In this document: in pieces, positions 57,874-64,000 of the stretch
How positions within the stretch are numbered: the first letter of the stretch is position 1
Layout of the letters: each line of letters begins with the position of its first letter
Origin: the human T2T-CHM13v2.0 reference genome, Homo sapiens
DNA length: 64,000 nucleotides
NCBI RefSeq assembly: GCF_009914755.1
Contig: NC_060928.1
Reading direction: 5' to 3' (one strand)
Notes under the pieces: model-generated
What the model was told of the DNA's origin: nothing
Databases searched by the model: none
Seen by the model: only the letters and a program-made list of their open reading frames with translations
Made by a program: the position numbers and the translations under genes

Positions 57874-60800
57874 GTCCAAGGTAATTGCCTTTTAGTTTTA
57901 GTATCCTAGAAACAAGGAGTCATAAATTCTTACTAATAACTGCCCCAATGCTAATCTCTTTCTTGCCTTTTATATCTTGTTTGATACATATTAGTCAACT
58001 GCACATTTTTCATCAGATATTTAACTATACTTGGATGCAGGGTATTTAGAAAGAAAATGTTTAGTAGCAACACAATATTCATCTTCAATATCTGAAGAGC
58101 GGACATGTGAAAAATAATTAGATTTTTTCTCGAATGTTAGGGAGCATGCTATTCTTGCAAATTGTGATCTGTAGGTCTGATATGGAGAGGGCCCTCTTAG
58201 TACTCACCTCAGTTGATTCTGAACCAAATGGTGCATGGAGAAACGTTAGTGGCAGAGGTAGTATTTGCTAATCTCTAGGGTCCCTTCTACCAGCAAGAGC
58301 TTCTGACCTTCACAGATTGATGCCTTTCTCAGGCAATAACTTGGAAATGCTAGATAGACAATACTTTCTTGTAATGTGAATAGAAATCATTCTTATAATC
58401 AATAAAATAAATTCAATCCAAGTTATTTTACTTTGTTTCTGTCTCTTAGGTATTATTTGTAGCAACTTATTATGCACACAAATACAAATCCCAAGTTAAA
58501 AAAGGCAATCGAAATACAAATACAAATATAAAAATGCATTATGCTGGTTTGTTTAAAAAACAAAGCAAGCAAACAAATAAAACCTGTTTCTCTCTGAAAG
58601 ATTGATTTTCCAATAAGAAGTAAAATAAATTATCCCATCAAATGCTCGTTTCTACTCTTAGAAATGCTTATTCCCAGAATCCCCAAAGATACAAGTACAC
58701 AGAACAATGTTTCTATTTGCTGAGTTAACGTACTTCCCTTTTTTTTTTATTGCAGTCTGACAAAAGTAAGCAACAAAAAGGGTTATTCTATTTTTGGGAG
58801 CTTCATAAAATATCACATGCTTCATAAGACATAAACTTCCAAAATTTGAAGTAAAACTAATGAAACAAACACTACAGGAAAAACAAACTCTATTTCTGCT
58901 TATTTTGTGTCCTAACAACTTTGATTCTGTAATTTCTCCTTTATTTATTAAGCAACTTCTTATCTAGATTTGTGTGGAAGAAAAGAATCTGCAACTAACA
59001 CTAAATAGAATTGAATAAGTTTCCAAAAGAATGTTTTGTATTTATTGTTAATAACATCCATGTTCATTAACCTTGGAGTAACAAAAATGTTGTTACCTGC
59101 CTTATTTGGCAAACTGCTGTGTCCATGAAGACAATAGTTTGTTCATAATTTTAGCTTGACCTTTAGAAACTCACAGTGACTCCAGTCACTAATAATCCAA
59201 GGATTGGTCAACCAAGTAGTGTTTTGCCCTCATGGATCTAGTTGAAGGATACCAAGAAGGTGGAAAATAATATATTTTTAAAAATTCATTAAAGTGTTAG
59301 CATGTTTTCAGTTGCATGAATGAATTTTTTAAACTTCATTTTGAAGACTATAAAAATGAGTAGAAAAAAGTTAGATAATAATTTTTAAAATATTGTTATT
59401 TTCTTATTACCATGTATTTGAACCTCAAACTATCAATACTGAAAACAGTTTTGGGGGAAATCATACTTAGATTAAATCTCTGCCAAAATATATCTCCTAG
59501 AATTCCTGTTATTTCCTTCCTTCCTTTCCTCCCTCCCTCCCTCCTTAAATTATAAAAATTCAAGCCTGCTTGATGAGAATATCTTAGTGAATTTAAATGT
59601 TCATTGTTAGGGGCATTTTGATACACATTAAATTTCTCCTCCTTTTAAATCACCCAGTGTTATTTTCTTCTTTCTTGTGATCGATGGGCTTTCACTTACT
59701 TCCTGAGATACTCACTTTCTTTCTTTTTTTTTCAATATTCTCATATAGAATTATCTAGACAACCTGGCTAGATCCTTTTCCAGCAAAAAAATAAAAAAGT
59801 TTGCAAAATTAAAAAAAATAGAAATATCCAGTGCTTGTATTGACTTTGGCATTTCAACTGTGTCATTTTCACAACTTAAGAATAATATAACTGATGAAAA
59901 GATGTCAACAGACAAAATCCAAGACTGAAGTGTTTCTTAAATGGCAAAAGATACTGATTTTCATGCTCCCAGAGGGAGGTACACACTCCCCAAATCTCTC
60001 AAATTTCCCTACACAGACATATAGTGGCTGATGAAAATACCAAATCAAAAGGTAAATTCAACTGGGTATGAGACATTTGCTTTTGTCATTCCCATGACCT
60101 CCTATTCCGCACCATATCTATTCACCCTTCTCTAAATGTTCCACATATTCTGAATACATTGCTATCTTATCATTGGACGTAAATGACTGGTCTACAGTAA
60201 CTCAGCACATTTCTGAGGTTTCCATGTAAAATAGTTTCTCAGAAATAGTGTTCTTAACAGGTCCAAGTTTCAGATCGCTATAACACTTATTCACACACAT
60301 ATTTATTTTACATTATTTGCATTATCTATATATACATAGATATGTACACAGAGGGAGAGAAAGGAAGGGAGGGATGGAGAGAGAGAGAGAAAGCTTTTAA
60401 TGTAGGCTTATAATTTAGTTATCTACCTAGGTGTAGATATTAATTTGTAAATCAAGTACATGTACTACTATCATTGGCAAATATACATGCAGGGCAAGGA
60501 TCATTTTTAATGACCACAGATATCAAAGTATTCTTAATAATGTCATTAATTGGATATCTGACTTTATATTTGATTTTATGAGCTTATTGTTTATTTTACT
60601 AATAGTAGGAATAGGAGGAAGAAAATCAACTTTGACTTTTTTCTTATTCGTGTTCACATTTTGCGCTTGCATTTGCAGTATTTTCTTCAATCAATGATGT
60701 CTTTGAAGGAAATTTTTTTCAATTTATTTGTTCACTTGGTGAAGATTAGAGTTGCAGACATCACTGTTCTTTTCTGATATCTGGTTCCCCTCTACTTCTA

Positions 60801-61378
60801 GGTATGTTTGAGGATTTCTGTGTTACTTTGGGGTTAGGTGTTGTTATATGAGTATTTCCAGCTTATGATATTGGGCAAACGTGACATGTTGCCTCTGGGC
60901 CAGAGCATTTAAATGTTGGTGTTAAACCTCTTCTCTTTTTTCTGTTGTTGTGAGCAGTGACTTTCCAAAGTGGAAAGCATAACTAGAAGCTGCAATAATT
61001 ACTTTCTATTATCCAAAAGCTGATCTTTCCAGGGTCTTAGAACCACCATGTAATCTTCACAGAACAGATCTAATAAGTAGTATAGGGTTATGAACATGAC
61101 TGGATTTCCTATGGAAAACAGTAGAAGCAACCACATTCTGTGATCTGCTTCACGTGGGCCAAATCCCATAGATGAGTGGTCACAATCAGCAAAGTTAAAG
61201 ATACTTAAATTTACTTATTGATTGGTTTATTTATTCCTACTTTATAGTAAGCTAAATCAAAGAATCAGGACCTCTACAGTGACTCTGCAGTTTAATAAAC
61301 AAGCTATGCTATTCTACAGTTAGAAAGATCATAAAATCTTTGCACTTTAATAAGTTCATAAACCATAACATTAAAAGG

Positions 61379-61690
<312 letters not shown>

Positions 61691-62444
61691 CTAAAAAGAT
61701 ATAAATTATTCCAGGGAATATTCACAAATCAGTGTTAAAACATAGATGTGGCCTCTTCCAATTTTGGAAGAGAAAATTTGTCTTGGGAAGCATATGCCAA
61801 ATGAAAGGGCTTGTTTCAGTGAATTTAAAGAAACCTTTGAGTTTCAGTTTAAGTGTGTTGACCTTTAGCTTAAGACAATTTATTGTAGGAAATTGATTTT
61901 CACAGGTCCCTCAACAGGTCCCAAATGGCAGACTTCAGTGCCTTGATTTTGAGACAAGAATAGCATCATATACTGGTAATGTGGCCAGTGTCTAAGAAGT
62001 GATTTAAAAAACTGTGTTAAAAGGCAATTTTCTAACAGAGTCAATGTAACATTTACAGATAAATATTCAAATAGCTTGTTATAATCATCCATCTATCATT
62101 TACATACAGTGCATTAAATGAGAATGTATTTTGTCTACTAAATGTTAGGAGCTGGTTTGCAAAGACAAACAGGACATTGTTCTGGAAGGGCTCATAAACT
62201 GGTGGAGGAGAACAGAAAATCTATCCATTATAGAAGTCGGAAGAATGAAGTATGGCAACAGAAATAGCTTTGGGAGGTGGAGAGGGATATGGAGAAGCTT
62301 TTCTAGAGGGGACGACTGCTGCTCTGGGAATGGTTGGCCAGAAACATCAAAGGGGAGTGCATTCCAAGATGATGTATTAAACATGAAAACACCTGAGAGA
62401 ACATGGGTCATTCAGACATTTACAGAAGCTTTGCTTCATTTACT

Positions 62445-62900
62445 ACATATTCATTGTATTCATTAATTCAACACATATGTGTGGATACTATATGTCAGGT
62501 ACTATGTTACAAATTTAGATTATAACTCTGAATGAGAGAGACATAGTCCCTACCCCAAAAGAGTTAACAATCTAGTAGAAGAGATTTATTTTTTGAAAAA
62601 AATTCCCCATATTGTGATAAAGAGCTAGAAAGATTAGGTAGACACCACTCTAGTGATATGAAAAGAGGAGAACTTAACCTGGATTAGTGGGGTCTGTGAA
62701 AGAAGTGATTTCTAAGCTGATATCTGAGGATGAAGAGCATTTATTAAAGACCAGGAAGTAGAAGAACATTTGAGGTAGAGGAAATATCATACAAAAAAGA
62801 TCTTCAAGTCAGCAAGAAAGTGTATTACCTTGAGAACCAGGGTTATTTCAATGTGACTGGAAGAAAGGGTTTGAAGTGGGGATAACAAGCACTGAGTTGG
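62445..62900 (-). mobile_element. L2 fragment
   Basis: ATTCATT...ATTCAAC...ACTATATGTCAGGTACT...GAAGTGATTTCTAAGCTGATATCTGAGGATGA. Confidence 0.6.
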
Positions 62901-63532
62901 AAGGACATGACTGCTTTTGGGACCTGTGTGCCTCCACACTTCCTGCCTATAGCTCTGAAGTGAGAGACAGTGAAGCTAAAATACACAAAGGTGTAAAAGA
63001 AAAAATAATTAGAGAGTCACGGCAGTGTTTATGTTCCCCATTCTAGCCATACATGAAGTCCGTAGGCCACCCTGTTCTATTACATTGGTTATTTAAATCT
63101 TCCCTGAATTTCACCAGTATTTTTGGCCTAACTAGATAGAGTTGACTTAATCTCACTAGCAGGCAAGAATACTAAGAAATGCTCTCATTAATAGAGCTTC
63201 TTATTCCCTTTCTCTAGTCTAACATTGTGTTGTGATTACTTGCCATATTCTTTCTTCCCAACTAAAGTATGAACAGAGGGGACCATGTGTCACCATCCTT
63301 GTTTCCCGAATACATGGAAGACGCAGTGAGAAGACTAAATAAGGCACATCACCCTGCCAACCTGTGAGTCAGGAGGCCCTATTTCTAGACTGACTGGCTA
63401 TTACTAGCTGTTTGGTCCCTGTCCCGCTTCTGTAGGAATCTGTGCTTTTGTTTCATGTCTATGACAAACTTAGTAGATTAGATGCTGAGATCTTTGAGTT
63501 CTAAGTTTGAAAAAGCCTGTGAGTCCCCCTAA

Positions 63533-63945
<413 letters not shown>

Positions 63946-64000
63946 AATCTCCATCAATCTTAGCTTTCTCTTCAGTTATATGACAAATATTAATTTTCAT

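Overview
Primate (hominoid, probably human) non-coding genomic DNA: AT-rich, CpG-depleted and dominated by interspersed repeats. I found no convincing protein-coding exon, tRNA, rRNA or CRISPR array; the computed ORFs are decayed LINE-1/ERV reading frames, Alu or simple-repeat artefacts, or chance. Main contents: two full-length dead L1s in convergent orientation (L1PA7-like, + 3357-9747; L1PA4-like, - 41316-47493), a 5'-inverted (twin-primed) young L1 nested in an ancient ERV-L internal region that still shows RT/RNase H motifs, short L1PA8/L1PB ends, seven Alus, a 7SL RNA retro-fragment, several solo LTRs, MER DNA transposons, L2/MIR relics, and a 1.65-kb nearly pure-purine GGAA/GGGA array with nested higher-order duplications. 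The most notable observations are an 88-bp 3' transduction inside the target-site duplication (TSD) of the L1PA7, the hierarchical 588-bp tandem duplication in the purine array, ORF0 frames in both full-length L1s, and several small template-switch-like scars. I see no evidence for a wholly new biological system. Subfamily names come from my recall of consensus diagnostics and need RepeatMasker/Dfam confirmation.
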